From: Utricularia gibba
Lineage: Eukaryota; Plantae; Magnoliophyta
Direction of reading: 5' to 3'
Assembly: GCA_002189035.1 (NCBI GenBank)
Contig: NEEC01000004.1
Coordinates: 2,976,001-3,040,000, forward strand
Length of the DNA stretch: 64,000 nucleotides
Part shown: positions 24,870 to 38,449 of the stretch, piece by piece
Numbering within the stretch: position 1 is the stretch's first letter
How the letters are laid out: each line of letters starts with the position of its first letter
Translations under genes and position numbers: made by a program
The notes under the pieces: model-generated
What the model was told of the DNA's origin: nothing
Database searches by the model: none
Seen by the model: the letters and a program-made list of their open reading frames with translations, nothing else

Positions 24870-26370
24870 TGTTGGGTTTCTGGTAGACATCGTATGTCAT
24901 AAAAGCAGCGGAATTTAAAAATTTTTGAGAAACCCCAATTGCAGATCTTGGAATACGGTATATGTCAGATTAAGGAATGCTAAAAATACCTTTCAGAGGA
25001 CTTCATTTTTCACCAACCGCCAATAGCAGACGGCCTCTATGATATCCACACGTGGAGCACTCCGTCGATAACCTTCTCAAGGCTCTTGAATGCTGGTCGA
25101 ATTTCTCAGGTGCTAGTAGAGAAAAGCGCCTCCTTGTGGATCAGTTTCACAGAGCACGAAGACCTTGAAGCAGATCTCAAGATCTGAATGTTTTTGATAC
25201 ATATTTTTGTGACATATCAAATCATATGTATATGAGATCTTTTATTTTGAGTTTAATCAATATTAATCTCAAAATAGCTCTCTATTTAATTTATCCACTT
25301 TACCAATTACATCTCATGTAACTGTGTCATTCTATTTTATATCGATGAGTGACTCCACTATTGTGTGTGACCCTATAGGCTTTTTCAATCAAGGCCGTGA
25401 TGATGAATTTATTAATTAACTCTTAATTAATCAAATCCATCATTATCGATCATGAGTTATGTCTACCAACATATCATGATCCCCAAGAAATAAGAATAAT
25501 CAGGTGAACTGATTAAGCCTTTCCATGACCACCCACCGTGCAATGAACAACTTTCATCATACTTATATCTCATTCGATACCAGAACATGAGTGTGTGTCT
25601 TTCTGATGTATCGAACTTGATAGGGGATAAATCGGCTTCTAAACGGCTGCCAAAAGAGACTCTGTGAAGATAGCGCCAGTCGACAGACCGATATCTGTCA
25701 GAAATCTGACAGATACGACCGCATGGCACAGTCTGAAAAGCGGCCGAATTACGGCATGACAGACAGCCAATATCTGAAAAGCGAGTTCGCATAGCAGGAG
25801 CACAAAACAGCCGATATTTGCAGACGCCAGCATTCGGACAAATCGAGCTCTCCTATAAATAGAAAAAATCATGACGGAGAGAGGGTTGGACTCAAAGGAC
25901 TCTTCAACTTGTATTCTCTTCTTCATCACCTTCATCTAATCGAAATCTTTTCGGGCGAGCTCCGACATCTCCGTGGTTTTCCCGTCCTCCGGCGGTTTCC
26001 ACGTAAAAAATCTTTGCCCTTTTTCATTTCACCAAAACCTATCGCGAAAAACACAACTTAGCACGACATTCCCGATCACATCTATCACCTAAAATCGGCC
26101 TCCCATCGGATACCGGTTTTACCCATAACAAAACTTTAATTGCATTTAAGCACTAGCACTCAATGACCTACTCAAACAATTCGAGTGTCATTACCCAGGT
26201 CCCAGGAATTGCTGTTAAGGTTTGATGAATTCTTTATTGATCAATGAAGTATCTCCAACCTTAAGGAGTCACATCCCTACTCATCCATACTAGGCAAGCC
26301 ATGGTTAGGCTCCCATTAGTAATGAGCGAAAATGTGAGCTTAAGATCAAGATAACTTTGTTGACCTCAAT
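24870..26370 (-). repeat. Angela-like LTR with intact 3' terminus, split by a solo LTR at 25618-26130
   Basis: The reverse complement ends TTCCGCTGC...GAAACCCAACA at 24870 and contains CGTGTGGATATCATAGAGGC and CCTATAGGGTCACAC, remembered Angela LTR motifs. Confidence 0.7.
25618..26130 (+). mobile_element. GC-rich solo LTR, Tat/Retand-like (513 bp)
   Basis: TGATAGGGG...CCCATAACA termini, TSD GAACT/AAACT, TATA-like CTATAAATAG near 25855 and a GGTTTCCACGTAAAAAATCT motif. It splits an Angela LTR at a site that is uninterrupted in the 9170 and 36420 copies. Confidence 0.75.
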
Positions 26371-26374
26371 TCTA

Positions 26375-27020
26375 AGCCAAACCCAATCTCTAAGTTCAAA
26401 TACAACTTTGCATCTCCCCTTGTTTGCTGGTGATGCATACTTTGCATTGCTGGATTCAATCTGTTGTTTCATCTTCTCATGCAATCTTCTGATTGCTTCA
26501 GCCCTTTTCTTTCCATCTAAACTAACTTTCTCATCACAAGGCAAAGGTAACATATGCAAAGGTGTAAGAGGATTAAAGCCATAAACCACATCAAATGAAA
26601 ATAATTTAGTAGTGAGATGCATGGTTCTATAGTAAGCGAACTCAACAATTGGCAAAGATTCTTCCCATGTCTTAAGATTTGATTTAATCATAATCCTAAG
26701 TAAGGTAGAAAGTGTGCGATTTGTTACCTCAGTTTGCCCATCAATTTGAGAGTGACATGTTGTGAGTACAACAGCTTAGTGCCAAGTTTACTCCAAAGAA
26801 CTCTCCAAAAGTGACTAAGAAATCTTGCATCTCGATCAGATACTATAGTGAGGGGCACATCATGAAGTCTAACAACTTCTCTAAAAAAGAGATCAGCCAC
26901 ATGAGATGCATCATTAGTTTTATGGCAAGGAATAAAGTATGCCATCTTTGAAAATCTGTCCACAACAATAAAAATTGAATCTCTACCCCTTTGGGTACAA
27001 GGTAAGCCTAAAACAAAGTC
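26375..27020 (-). pseudogene. CRM integrase fragment
   Basis: ORFs 26724-26963 ([18 protein letters not shown]) and 26305-26691. Confidence 0.85.
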
Positions 27021-29617
27021 TATTCAAAGTGATGACTGAAAATCAGAATTGATGCTTCTTAAAGATTATTAGCTCAGACAATGGGGGGTGTATTATACAA
27101 TAATAGCATGACAATGTTCTGTGAGAATGAAGGAATCATTCATCAATTCACAGTACCATATTCCCCAAAAAATGGTATATGTCAAAGGAGAAACATAACA
27201 ATTCTTGATATGCCAAGATGCCTATTGTTTGAGAAAGATCTTCCTATTAATTTCCGGGCTAAAGCGGTATCTATGTCTGTATATCTATTGAACTTGCTTC
27301 CTTCCAGGGCGATTAGTGAAAAAACCGGTCATGAAAAATGGTATGGTTAAATTAAAAAGGTTGACCATCTCGGAATCTTTCGTTGTTTGTGTTTTACTCA
27401 TGTACCAGACCCAAAAATGAGAAAAACTTTATAAGAAATCTGTATTTGGTGTATTTGTTGGTTATATCAACATTACCAAGGGATATAAATTTTATATATC
27501 TGACCCAAAGAAATTTATCTTTAGCCATGATGTCTCTTTTGATGAAGGTGCAAAGTATACTTTAATTGATTATTGCCTTTCTCTGAATGATGTAGAAGGT
27601 CCTAAAAATCATGGAGGGCATAACACTCATGTGAAAGGTGACCTTTGGACACATATGCCTCAAAACATCTCTTACAGGAATTCAACAAGCCTACAACTTG
27701 AAGATGGAATTGAATATATACAGGTGAATGAGAACTCAAAATCAACTTCAAAATTCTTCCATGAAAACTCAAATAAAGTAAATGATCAGTATTCAGATGA
27801 GAATTTCCCACCTCTAGAAGAGGAGAAGGTCACAAATGATAATAACTCATCCAATGAGAATTCAGAATCAATCTCATAACTCTTATATGAACAATCACAT
27901 CAGCCCAATGAACAAGATTCAGATGGGAATTTCGAACTCCCAGAAGAGGAGCAAGGCACGAATGCAGATGATGTATGAACAGATGAATCTGATAACAAAT
28001 ATCAGACTAGATTAGTAGCTAAGGGATATAGTCAGATCAAGGGAATGAATTTTCATGATATTTTTGCACCAGTAGCAAGATTTGACACAATTAAACTACT
28101 TCTTGCTATTTCAGGTGCTCATGGATGGAAAGTGCATCACATGGATGTGAAGACTAGATTTTTGAATGGTGTATGAGAGGAGGTTGTTTTTGTTGAACAA
28201 CCAAAGGGCTTTGAAGTCGTAGGTCATGAAGACAAAGTAATGAAGGTAAAAAAATCTCTCTATGGGTTGAAGCAAGCTCCTAGAGCATGGAATGAACACA
28301 TGGATAACTTTCTCCATGGTAGTGGTTTCAGAAAAACATATAATGATTACTCACTATATGTTAAAGGAAAGGGAGTTGATCATTTATTTGTTAGCCTATG
28401 TGTGAATGATCTTATGATTACCTAAGGAGAGGAAGGGAAGATTGAAGAATTCAAAGCTCTACTCAAAAATAAATTGACTGATCTTGGAAAGATGTCCTAC
28501 TATTTCGGCATGGAAATTCATCAACTTGCAGGTGTTGCAACTTTCATATCTCAAAAGAAGTACTGTAATGAACTTCTTGAGAGATTTGGGTTCAAAGATG
28601 TCAATCATTCAAAAACTCCTTTAGATTACAAACAGGTGATTGGAGAAAACAATCAGGGAAGGAATGTGGATGCTACTACTTATAGAAGTATGATTGGAAG
28701 CCTCATCTATCCCCAGCATACAAGGCCTGATCTGTGTTTTTGTAAAAATGTCTTATCTCGCTTCCTCAACAAACCAACAACTCACATGGCAGTTGTGAAA
28801 AGAGCTTTTAGGTATATAAAATCTACTAATGATTTCGGATTGTTCTATCCCTATGAAGGTGAAAAACCAGTCTTCAAACTTAGAGCCTACTCAGATAATG
28901 ATTATGGTATGGCTAAATATGAGTCCTGTAGTCTGGTTTTCGAAGAAACAAAAAGTGGTGACACAATCAACAGCTGAAGCAAAATACATCTCTACAGCAC
29001 ATGCTTCGAACTATTGCATTTGGTTGAGACAGATGTTAAACGAACTTGAATTCATACAAGAAGAAGCTACAAATCTACTTATGGATAATCTAGCTACAAT
29101 TTCAATTGCCAAGGATCCAACCAGCTTCACTAAAGCCAAAGACATACGAATCAGGTATCATGTCATAAAGAATTACATCAAGGAGAAGAAGATCAAAATG
29201 CAGTATGTTGAGAGTGGGAATCAGCTTGATGATGAGCTTATCAAATGTTTGAACATAGTTCAGTTTCAGCTAGCAAGGAAGAACATGAATCTAATGACTA
29301 TGGAAGACTTTCTCAAGTTGAAGATGAGACTCAATCCAAAGTTTAAAGGTGATTGGAAGCATTAATCTTGTATAATGAAGTCATGTTTTAGTCAAAGAGT
29401 GTTGGGTTCGATTATTGGGCTTTTATGTGTGTTTTTATTGATTGTGACCCATTATTGAGTAACCTAGACATTGAGTATATATATACCCTACCAGGAACTT
29501 ATGAGGGTTAGGTTTTCAGTCATTCTTATTGTTGAAAAGTTGTTTTTTCATCCAATGTGAGCTCATAAGCATTATCTCTTTGTTCCTTCTCAAGACTCTA
29601 TCTTTCTTGCATCAATA
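27021..29617 (+). mobile_element. Ivana-like Ty1/copia, copy 2: IN, RT, RNase H and 3' LTR lacking its start
   Basis: ORFs 27081-27350 (integrase), 28240-28425 (KKSLYGLKQAPRAW; YVDD reads CVND), 28474-28977 and 28829-29365 (RNase H). The LTR-like tract ~29330-29617 matches 59376-59701. Confidence 0.85.
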
Positions 29618-32600
29618 GTAGAAAGTTTGCGATTTGTTATCTCAGTTTGTCCATAAGTTTGAGGATAACAAGTTGTTTAGTACAAGAGGTTAGTGCCAAG
29701 TTTCCTCCAAAGGACTCTCTAAAAGTGATGGAGAAATCTTGCATCATGATTAGAGACAATTGTGAGGGGCATACCATCAAATCTAACAACTTCTCTAAAG
29801 AAGACATCAGCCCTATGAGATGCATCATCAGTTTTGTGACAAGGAATAAATTGTGTCATCGTTTAAAATCGATCCACAACAACAAAAATCGAGTCTCTAC
29901 CTCTTTGCGTATGATGTAAGTCTAAAACAAAGTCCATAGAAATGCTCATCCATGGTTGGGAAGGAATAGAGAGTGGAGTATATAAACCATTAGGGGCAAT
30001 GATTTATTTAGCCTATCTATAGAGAATATATCAATCACAAACTCTTTCAACATCCCTTCTCATATGTGGCCAAGAAAAATGTTGGGTGAGAGTATTGATG
30101 ACACACGTTTTCTTTGAATTTTATAATGCAAAATGGTTATGTTTTATTGTGGTTTAGGTTAGGTATATGTGTTTTTTCATGTTTTATGTGTTGTTTATGT
30201 TAATTTTGTGTGTTTATGTTGAAAAGTGGACTAAATCCTTTGATTTACCACCTTCGTTACTAATGTTTAATTAAGTTCAGCAAGGAGGTTAGCAGCGAAA
30301 TTAGACTCAAAGACATGTGGATCAAGTTAAAGGGGCACAACATCCGAAGAGAGACAAAGAGCACTGTTCTGCCACCTACAGTTTGCAAGTTCAGGCCGAG
30401 AACAGTGCCGATGCCAGGAACAGTGCATTGAAGTAAAGGAGGGGAGATATTTTTCGAAAAAGAGAGAGCGGGAGCAGAAGCAACACAGGAGGTTTCTTCC
30501 CCAACACGAAGGACACCGACCAGGAGAGGAGAAGAAGAGTATCACCCTCAGGTAGACCTAATTGCGATGTTAGTGATGATATTAGGGACTATATTAGCCG
30601 AAAACAAGATAAAGGACCTGGTTTATTTTTCTTCTTTTAGACTTAGGTTGTTTAAAGTTGTGAGTATAGGAATATAGTAAATTAAATTAGGCACCTTAGC
30701 GGCACACTACTTGAATACCCTTAAGGCATCTTAGTATTAGTCTGTATTAAGACCAGTATCTGTTATTTTCAGTGTTGAGACTTGACCTTGTTTATTGAAT
30801 TTGGCTATGACTGTTAGTTTGAACTTAGACTAAGAACCAATGTTATTCTGAATTTTGCATCTACTAAAACACTTAGCTAGCACAAGCTACTTGTGATCGA
30901 CCTCGAATTTCACTTCACATTTTTTGTTTAATTTGTATCTTATGAGGATTTGGGCTTATAAATTTATTTGAAATGGGATTCTATTTTTATTGCAACGATA
31001 ATAGAAATTTCCGTTTATCAAGTATCAAGAGTCTTTTTAACACCAAAATGTCTCATTAATCCACCACCATGAGCTTCCCTAACAATCAAATCATGTACGA
31101 AATAAGAAGGAATGCACAACCTATTTTTCCTATAAAGAAAGCCATCTTTCCTAAAGAATAGTCCATATGGAGCAAGTTCACATGACTTGTAAATGTCCCC
31201 AAAATCATGATCATGAGTATACAAGTCAATAATTGAGGTAAATCCATTAATTCTAGCATCAAGATTAGCTAAAAGAGTGTACTTTCGAGATAAAACATCA
31301 ACTACCACATTCTCTTTACCTTTCTTGTATTTGATCACATATGGGAATGTGTCAATGAATTCCACCCATTTAGCATGTCTTTTATTCTAACAGACCCATG
31401 ATCAATATGTATCATGAACTCCATAGGCTACAAGTAGTGCTGTCATGTCTCCAAAGTTCTAACCTACTCATACAAATCAAACTTAGTTTCAAATGTAGTT
31501 TTCCACTCATCACCTTCCTTCATTCTAATCTTATGATATCCACTTCTCAAATGAATCTTAGTGAAAACAAAAGCACCATGCAATTCATCAAGCATATCTT
31601 CAAGTTTAGCGATAGGATGTTTATACTTGATGGTGATGTTGCTGATGGCTTGACAATCAGTGCACATATGCCAAGTTCTATCAGATTTTGAGACTAACAA
31701 AACCGGCACAGAACAAGGGCTCATGCTTTCTCAAAAAAATCTTTTAGACATTAATTCCTCAACTTGCATTTGTATTTCCTTCGTCTCCTCTTGATTAGCA
31801 TAGTATGCTAGTTGGTTGTGGAGTTGTGCTCAAGGCACAAGATCAATTTGATGCTCAATCCCTCTTATGGGAGGTAACCCTTGAAGTTCTTATCGAAATA
31901 CATTTTGATATACCTATAAGAAAGACACAACATAAGATGGAATAGGTTGTGCATTGTTAGGAAAAGTAGAAACTTCATCCTTATACATAAGTAGAAGGAA
32001 TGGTTGTCTAATATGAAGGAAGTGTTTAATCTCACTTGGTCTAGTTAAGAGACTCTCATTTTTTTTCTCAAATGCTATTACTCCCATGTTTCCACTTTCT
32101 TTTTTGCACTCATTCTCACCATTTTTTCCACTCAGTTTCTTCCCACATCTTGTTTTCTCTCCACTTTTTCGAATCGATTTTCCACTTTTTTTTCACTCCA
32201 CTCTCTTTTTCCTTTACTCCACTCATATCTCCTCCCTCAAGCACGACCTCCTTGTGATTTCCATTTGCACCATGTAGTGCTTTAGCATCATTCATGATCC
32301 TGACTTGATCTTCATGTGCCTCCAAATTTTGAACTAGGAGCCCTCTTCATGTGCCTCCAAATTTTTGTTGGAGAGTTGTTTCGCAACTTTTGTGGCCATA
32401 TGGATCATGTCCCCCATCTCAATGTAATGTTGAAACTCTACAATATTTGCAATCTCCTTATTCATCCCATGAAGAAATCTAGCCATAGTTGTTTCGCTAT
32501 CTTCATGAACATTTGCTCGAATCATCGAGATCTCCATTTCTTGCCAATATTCCTCCACTGATTGGGAACCCTCTTTCACATTTTGTAACCTCTGATACAC

Positions 32601-33100
32601 ATCTCCTTGGTAATGTCTTGATACAAATCGTTTCCTCATGATTTTCTTCATCTCAGCCCAAAGTGCCAATTGGTTCTTCATAGTCGCTCCTTCTTTGACT
32701 CAACAACTGATCCCACCAAATGACTACATAGTTAGCAAATTCCATGGAAGAAAATCTTATCTTCTTGTCTTTAGAGTAGTTATTACAATCAAACACATGT
32801 TCCACTCGAGTTTCCTATTGCAGATATGCATCTGGATCATTCTTTTCTTGAAATTGGGGTATATTCATCTTCATATTGTTAACATCAATTCCATTTCTTT
32901 CCCCTTCTCTTCTACCTCTTTGGTCTCGAAATCTTCTTCTATCATCATGGACATTATCATTTTCATCATGCCCAAGGTACTCATCATCTTCATCATGATT
33001 CAGGATTCCATCTCTCCTAGAGCTTTCACTTCATTGATCACTGAAATCAGGTTCAGTGTAGTTGCGTTGAGGCATTTGCACTCTACAACTTGTTAAACAG
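29618..33100 (-). mobile_element. Heavily deleted CRM family A copy (gag, RT, RH and IN pieces), split by a solo LTR
   Basis: ORFs 32334-32681 (gag), 31464-31724 (RT) and 31018-31365 (RH-IN), with integrase sequence at 29618-30095. Confidence 0.8.
30096..31020 (+). mobile_element. Athila-like solo LTR (925 bp)
   Basis: TGATGACACAC...CCGTTTATCA with a perfect AGTAT TSD (30091-30095, 31021-31025). Confidence 0.85.
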
Positions 33101-33129
33101 GTTCAGCCATGGGATAGAGATTCTCTTCC

Positions 33130-33700
33130 TCTCGTCCTTGTATGTTGTTTGAACCAATCTCAAGATAAAGCTTCAACCTGTGATGATTTATAGAAAAGGG
33201 GTTAGTATCACGATTTTTATCATATAGTTCAGCAGACCTATTGATGTTCACAGATTTCCTCACTGATGACTTTTCTCATTTTGACTTCAACTTTCTCAGA
33301 TGGAGTTTGAACTTGGAATTACCTTCTCGCATGGCTCAAATCACTTCTTCCAAATTCTGTTATCATAGTAGAGGTTTCGTTTGTTTCTTGAAACTACAAG
33401 AATTGTTGAAAGCACTTTGCCTCAATTACTCCGTCTCTTGCAATTGAAAGTTTCGGATTTCGTTGTTTGCATTCATATCGTCGCTCAGCAACTAGATTGC
33501 TCATTTGATCTTGTGCTCCAATTCAACTGACTTATGATAGTTCTCACCGTAAATTACCTTCAAATGGGTCATGCCAATTAGAGTTTTATAAGCGGTCCGA
33601 ATTGCCCATAGTGCATCATCCAACTTCATACTCCAATCTTTCTCGGACATATTTATAGCCTTCTAAACATTTGTGTATGATATGCCTGAAACAGTTTTGC
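33130..33700 (-). pseudogene. Degenerate Athila integrase C-terminal fragment
   Basis: The reverse complement reads [20 protein letters not shown]...VELEHK with stop codons. Confidence 0.7.
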
Positions 33701-33759
33701 TCCTTGGATTATTCGGTTTAGACTGTTTGGAAAATGGTTTGGCTATTCGTTAGGTGATT

Positions 33760-36180
33760 GGAATAGAGCCTTATGATTTGTTTCTGAAGATTATGTGACC
33801 TTCACTACTTTCCAAACTTCTATGTTTGATTTTCATGGTGTTGAATATTTTGATGAGCATGAAGTGTACGAACACTTGACTGGGCAGTGTGAAGTTATTT
33901 TTAAACGGAACGGCACTAAGGCTAGTCTTATAGTTGATCCCTGTGTGGAGGATTATTCATGTGCTCCTTTCTGCTTCATTTTTCCAGCATCAACGCTTTC
34001 AACCCTTTGTTTAAAAATGAAACTTTTCTTTTGTGGAGTTTGATGATGAAAAGACCTTTAAATGTTAGTGCATTACTTGCTGATTTGATGAAAAAGGAAT
34101 TAGAGAACAGAAATCGTGTTTTAACTTTTTGGTTTGGAAATTGGATTTCTTATTTGGCTTTGGAAGAATTTAGTCCTGATGATTTAGAAAACGTCAATTT
34201 GCACATTGAAAAGTGGAGATTGTTGCTGCCTGAAGGAAATTCGTGAGTTGAGAGGTACTGTAGGGACATTGAAAATGTACTTGGAAATTCTGCTTGATCT
34301 ATAGACAAATGTAGGTCCAGTACCCCTACTAAACCTTGACTAGACTCTTACCCTATGTGTTTTGTACATTTTTTCTGTTTTATGTATATTATGTGTTTTA
34401 TTTTTTATTTTAACTTGTCGTTGCATGTGTTTTGTAGTTTTGTGTCTGTCTTTTGTGATCTTGAGTATTGCTGAGCATGTTTAGGAATTTCAGTTGATGC
34501 TACAAATGTAAGATACCTATCCCTTCTCTTCTGTGAGAAATTAGACTTTTTAGTTCTTACCTGTTTAAGACTTATATGAGGGTAGCAAGATTTCGTGAAG
34601 AAGTGCATGCATGCGGCTTGTGTTTTTCTATATCTACACTAAGACTTACTTGTGAATAGCTTGTTCGTGACTTGCTAGTATGTGACTATGTGTGTTGCAC
34701 TGAGATAGATACATAGACCGTGGCTGATGCACATAAAAGATTTGGATGATAAAAGGCAAGCTCAATTTTAGAAGCCATGCTATGTTTGAAAAAAAAGAGA
34801 GAATTCAAAAGAGAGGTACAAAAGGTGGGCACGCCAAAAAAGCCATGCTGTAAAAATTGTAGAAGAAGGAACTCGAGGCTTAGACACTATGAACTTTGCA
34901 CTTTCCATGAACATGTTAGTGGTCTAGCCAACCACTCTAGGAGAAATAAGGATGAATGTGTCTAGGTCATGGAAGAAAAGTTCCCTTTTTTCTATACTCT
35001 TGTTTAGTACCTCCATGTGCATCGTTTTTATTTTCCAGCCACAACTACGTCTTATGTGTCTCGCAAGGTAAAACTCATACATGTCACTATTTGTATGCTA
35101 TTGCTTGTTGGGATCAAATTGGTACTAGTGCAGATGTGATTTTTGAATACTTGAAGCATGCAAGTAATCTCTATTGTCTGTGCTTGAGTGAAATTATTCC
35201 GAGCAGCACTTGCTATATCTTATCCTCACTCATTACATGGATAGCATGAACCGGAAACCTTTTCTTTGCTTCAGCAGGCTCAATCTTATGTAGTCGTTTG
35301 TTCTCTTTTTCTATTTTAGACTTGAGGACAAGTCTAGAGTCATTGTAGGATAGTGTGATGACACTATTTTTAGTGTGCATTTGTATAAATTTTTAGGTGT
35401 TCTTTATAGAGTAAAATGTTGTTTCATAGGCTTAATTGTTCCCTTTTGTGTATTTAGTTTGTAAAAATGTATTTGTTATGAAAATAGGCTCAATTGACAA
35501 CAATTGAGCTGAAATCTCCTTTTTTTTCCCTCTAGTTTGTTTCTAAGTTTTAACAAGGTAAGAGTTAGTACTATAGCAATGCATTTTCCATATTGACAAG
35601 TTAAAAGGGATAGAAAAGCTGTACGAAAACTACTTTTCACCAAAAGCAGCCGCGTTCTAAAAAGATCAGATTTGGAGTAGAGATCTTCCTTCTAGAAGCC
35701 CAAGGAAAAGACGGAGATACCCTTACTTTGAGTGGGAAAAGAAAAGAGGAAGAACAGAGAGAGGAGAGCGAATAGAAGGAGCGGGAGCAAAGGAGAACGG
35801 TGGCTCTCCCGTGACATCTCCAACCAGCTTCCAGACGCACTTCCAAACCATATTTCCGCTAAGAACTTCAAGCTCCGGCAGATCTATGGTCCACAGAAGC
35901 AGTCAGATACTTTTACTTTCGTTTTCTACACTTCTATTTCTATTGAACTTGTTACTATTATTTCCTACATTTCACTCCTTTCCTTTATGTTTCTGGTGCT
36001 TGGTTGTGGACAAGAAACCTTTCGTAGCATTATTCAAGCTTATGAATCAGTTTCTGTAAGAGTTCTTCATCTTTAGTTTTAAGTTTATTATGCCATTTAC
36101 TATTTCCACACCCCTTTACTCTGTTTTTGAGTGTGATAAACTTTTGTTTAAGCCTATGGACTCGTGACACAAGAGCTAGA
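33760..36180 (+). mobile_element. Athila-like 3' region: degenerate extra ORF, 3' UTR and start of an LTR at 35356
   Basis: ORFs 33795-34043 and 33959-34246 resemble the Athila additional (env-like) ORF. CTTGAGGACAAG lies before TGATGACAC at 35356. The LTR right end was not located. Confidence 0.55.
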
Positions 36181-36239
36181 TCCTGATGTAATACCCAACC
36201 AAATCACATCCACTTAATGTTTTCTTCACATTCCTGTTA

Positions 36240-37060
36240 ATTTATGAAATCCATTATTATCGATCATGAGTGAGGTGTAACAATATATCATGATCCCCAA
36301 GATGTAATAATAATCAGGTGAACTGATTGAGGCTTTCTATGACCAGCCACCATGCAATAAATAACTTTCATTATACTTATATCTTATTCGATACCAGAAC
36401 ATCGGTGTGTGTGTCTTTCTGATGTATTGAACTTATAATTGCATTTAAACACCAAAATTCAATGACCTACTCAAACTCTTCGAGTGTCATTACCCTGGAT
36501 TTAGAACTTACTCCTAGGCTTTGATGTAGTTACTTGAGATAAGATCTCAAAGCTAACATGAGTGATTAATCTTTTATTGATCAATCAACTATCTCCAACC
36601 TTAAAGAGATGCATCCCTTCTCATTGATGCTAGGAAAATCATGGTTAGACTTCTATTAGTAATGAGCGAAAATGCATGCTTATGATCAAGATAACTTTGT
36701 TAACCTCAAGTCTAAGCTTATTTACATGACTGTCATATTAGAGATCTTGCTATTGATACTTGGTTAGTTTCCCATCGTAGTATCTTGAAGACAAGTCATC
36801 TAGTGAATGAATTCTCTAATCGACATCCACACATTGGTTCTGGTAATCTCATTACATCAATTGTGATAACCATTAACTAAACTATTTAGGGAACTCAATA
36901 TATATCAGCTTATTTGCATTTGTGATATTCTCATTTCACAAATACTTTAGTCTAGAAATTTTTAAAGTTGAATATAGATGTTTGAAGAATCTCATATTAT
37001 GATCTCATTATAATTTCTACAATATATAGATGAAGTAGAGGATTTTATCAGTTATATAAA
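36240..37060 (-). repeat. Angela-like LTR remnant
   Basis: Colinear with 9010-9770. Confidence 0.65.
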
Positions 37061-37139
37061 ATCAAAAAGAATACTCATTACGCGCCTCTGAAAAGTAGCA
37101 AGAGTATTACATATACCAAAATGACATTCTGCTATGAGA

Positions 37140-37960
37140 AAATGTTCTAAATGAGCATGTAAGTGTTGTCTTCACTCGATCCTTAGGTGCAACCGCCACT
37201 TGGTTGTAACCTGAATAACCATTAAGAAAGAAATAATATCTCTTCCCACTAAGCTTATCAAGCATCTAGTCAATAAAAAGGAGGGGTAGTGGATCTTTAG
37301 TGTGACATCATTCAATTTTCATTAATCAAAACACACTCTCCATCCGTTTCGCACCCTTGTGGTGACTTGCTTCCCTTCAAAGTTTGTAACAGCTATTATC
37401 ACTATCTTTTTGGGCACCACGTGAATCAGACTAACTCATTTGCTCTCTGAAATCGAGTTGATTGTCTTTGCCTTGAACAGCTTCTCAACTTCTCTTTTCA
37501 CAATTTCCATAAGCATCGTTTTTAATCTTCTCGGTCTTTGTCGGATTGGTTAGGCATCATCCTCTACGAGTATCTAATGCATGTAAAATAATGACTAGAT
37601 TCCCTTGATGTTCTTGAGAGTCCAACCAATGCTTTCCTATGTTTCTTCAGCAGCTTTGAGAGCTTCCCCTCCTAATTCGAAGTAAGATCTTCACTAACAA
37701 TAACGTGCAGAGCACTGCCTTCTCTCAATAAAATATACTTAAAGTGTTCATGGAGTGGCTTCCCATCCTCAATTGGCAAGAGGCATTCGAGCGAGTTTTG
37801 TTTTGCGATGAGTGGTTGTTTCATCTATGTGGAGGTTGGACAGTTTGCTTGAGAGTGCCTGAAGCCGAAGAAGGTGAGTGTTGCTATAGGGACAACATCA
37901 ACCCAGCTCAAGGAGCTACGAGATGCTCATGAGCCAGGAACGTTAATCTCACCAATGTAG
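37140..37960 (-). pseudogene. Degenerate Athila RT fragment
   Basis: The reverse complement reads ...HVVPKK...RVRNGWRVCFD...MLDKLSGKRYYFFLNGYSGYNQVAVAPKD with stops and frameshifts. Confidence 0.7.
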
Positions 37961-38449
37961 ACTTGGTGGAAGATGTTGTTGCCATCATGGGTACACCCTT
38001 TGATTGTGGGGCTACACATTAATTTATCTCAAGGGGATATGCTAGGAAGTTAGGGAAAACACGTATGTGACCCTTCAAAGAAAGTGTTTGGTAAATCAGA
38101 TTTTGGGTTTTCAATGAATCAATACTTCAAAAAAAAGAAAGTTGACCCTCAAGGAATGAATATCCTCACAACCTAATTTATGGAAATGATGTGACACTCA
38201 CAAAGTAAAGAAGACGTAGGAAATGTTTGGAATAGAGAACTTACTATAATACAATGCAACAATGCATTCTTCAAAGATTGAGATGGAAGTAATGGACCAC
38301 ACAAGACATTATAGAAAAAATTGGATAAGTCTAAAATTATTCAAGAATTAGAAGTAAGAGTATTGTTTTCAAAATACATTATAATCAAAATTATTTATAA
38401 ACAGGAGTGAGACTATTCGTCTATAGGTAGAGCAATATGTCTACTCAAA

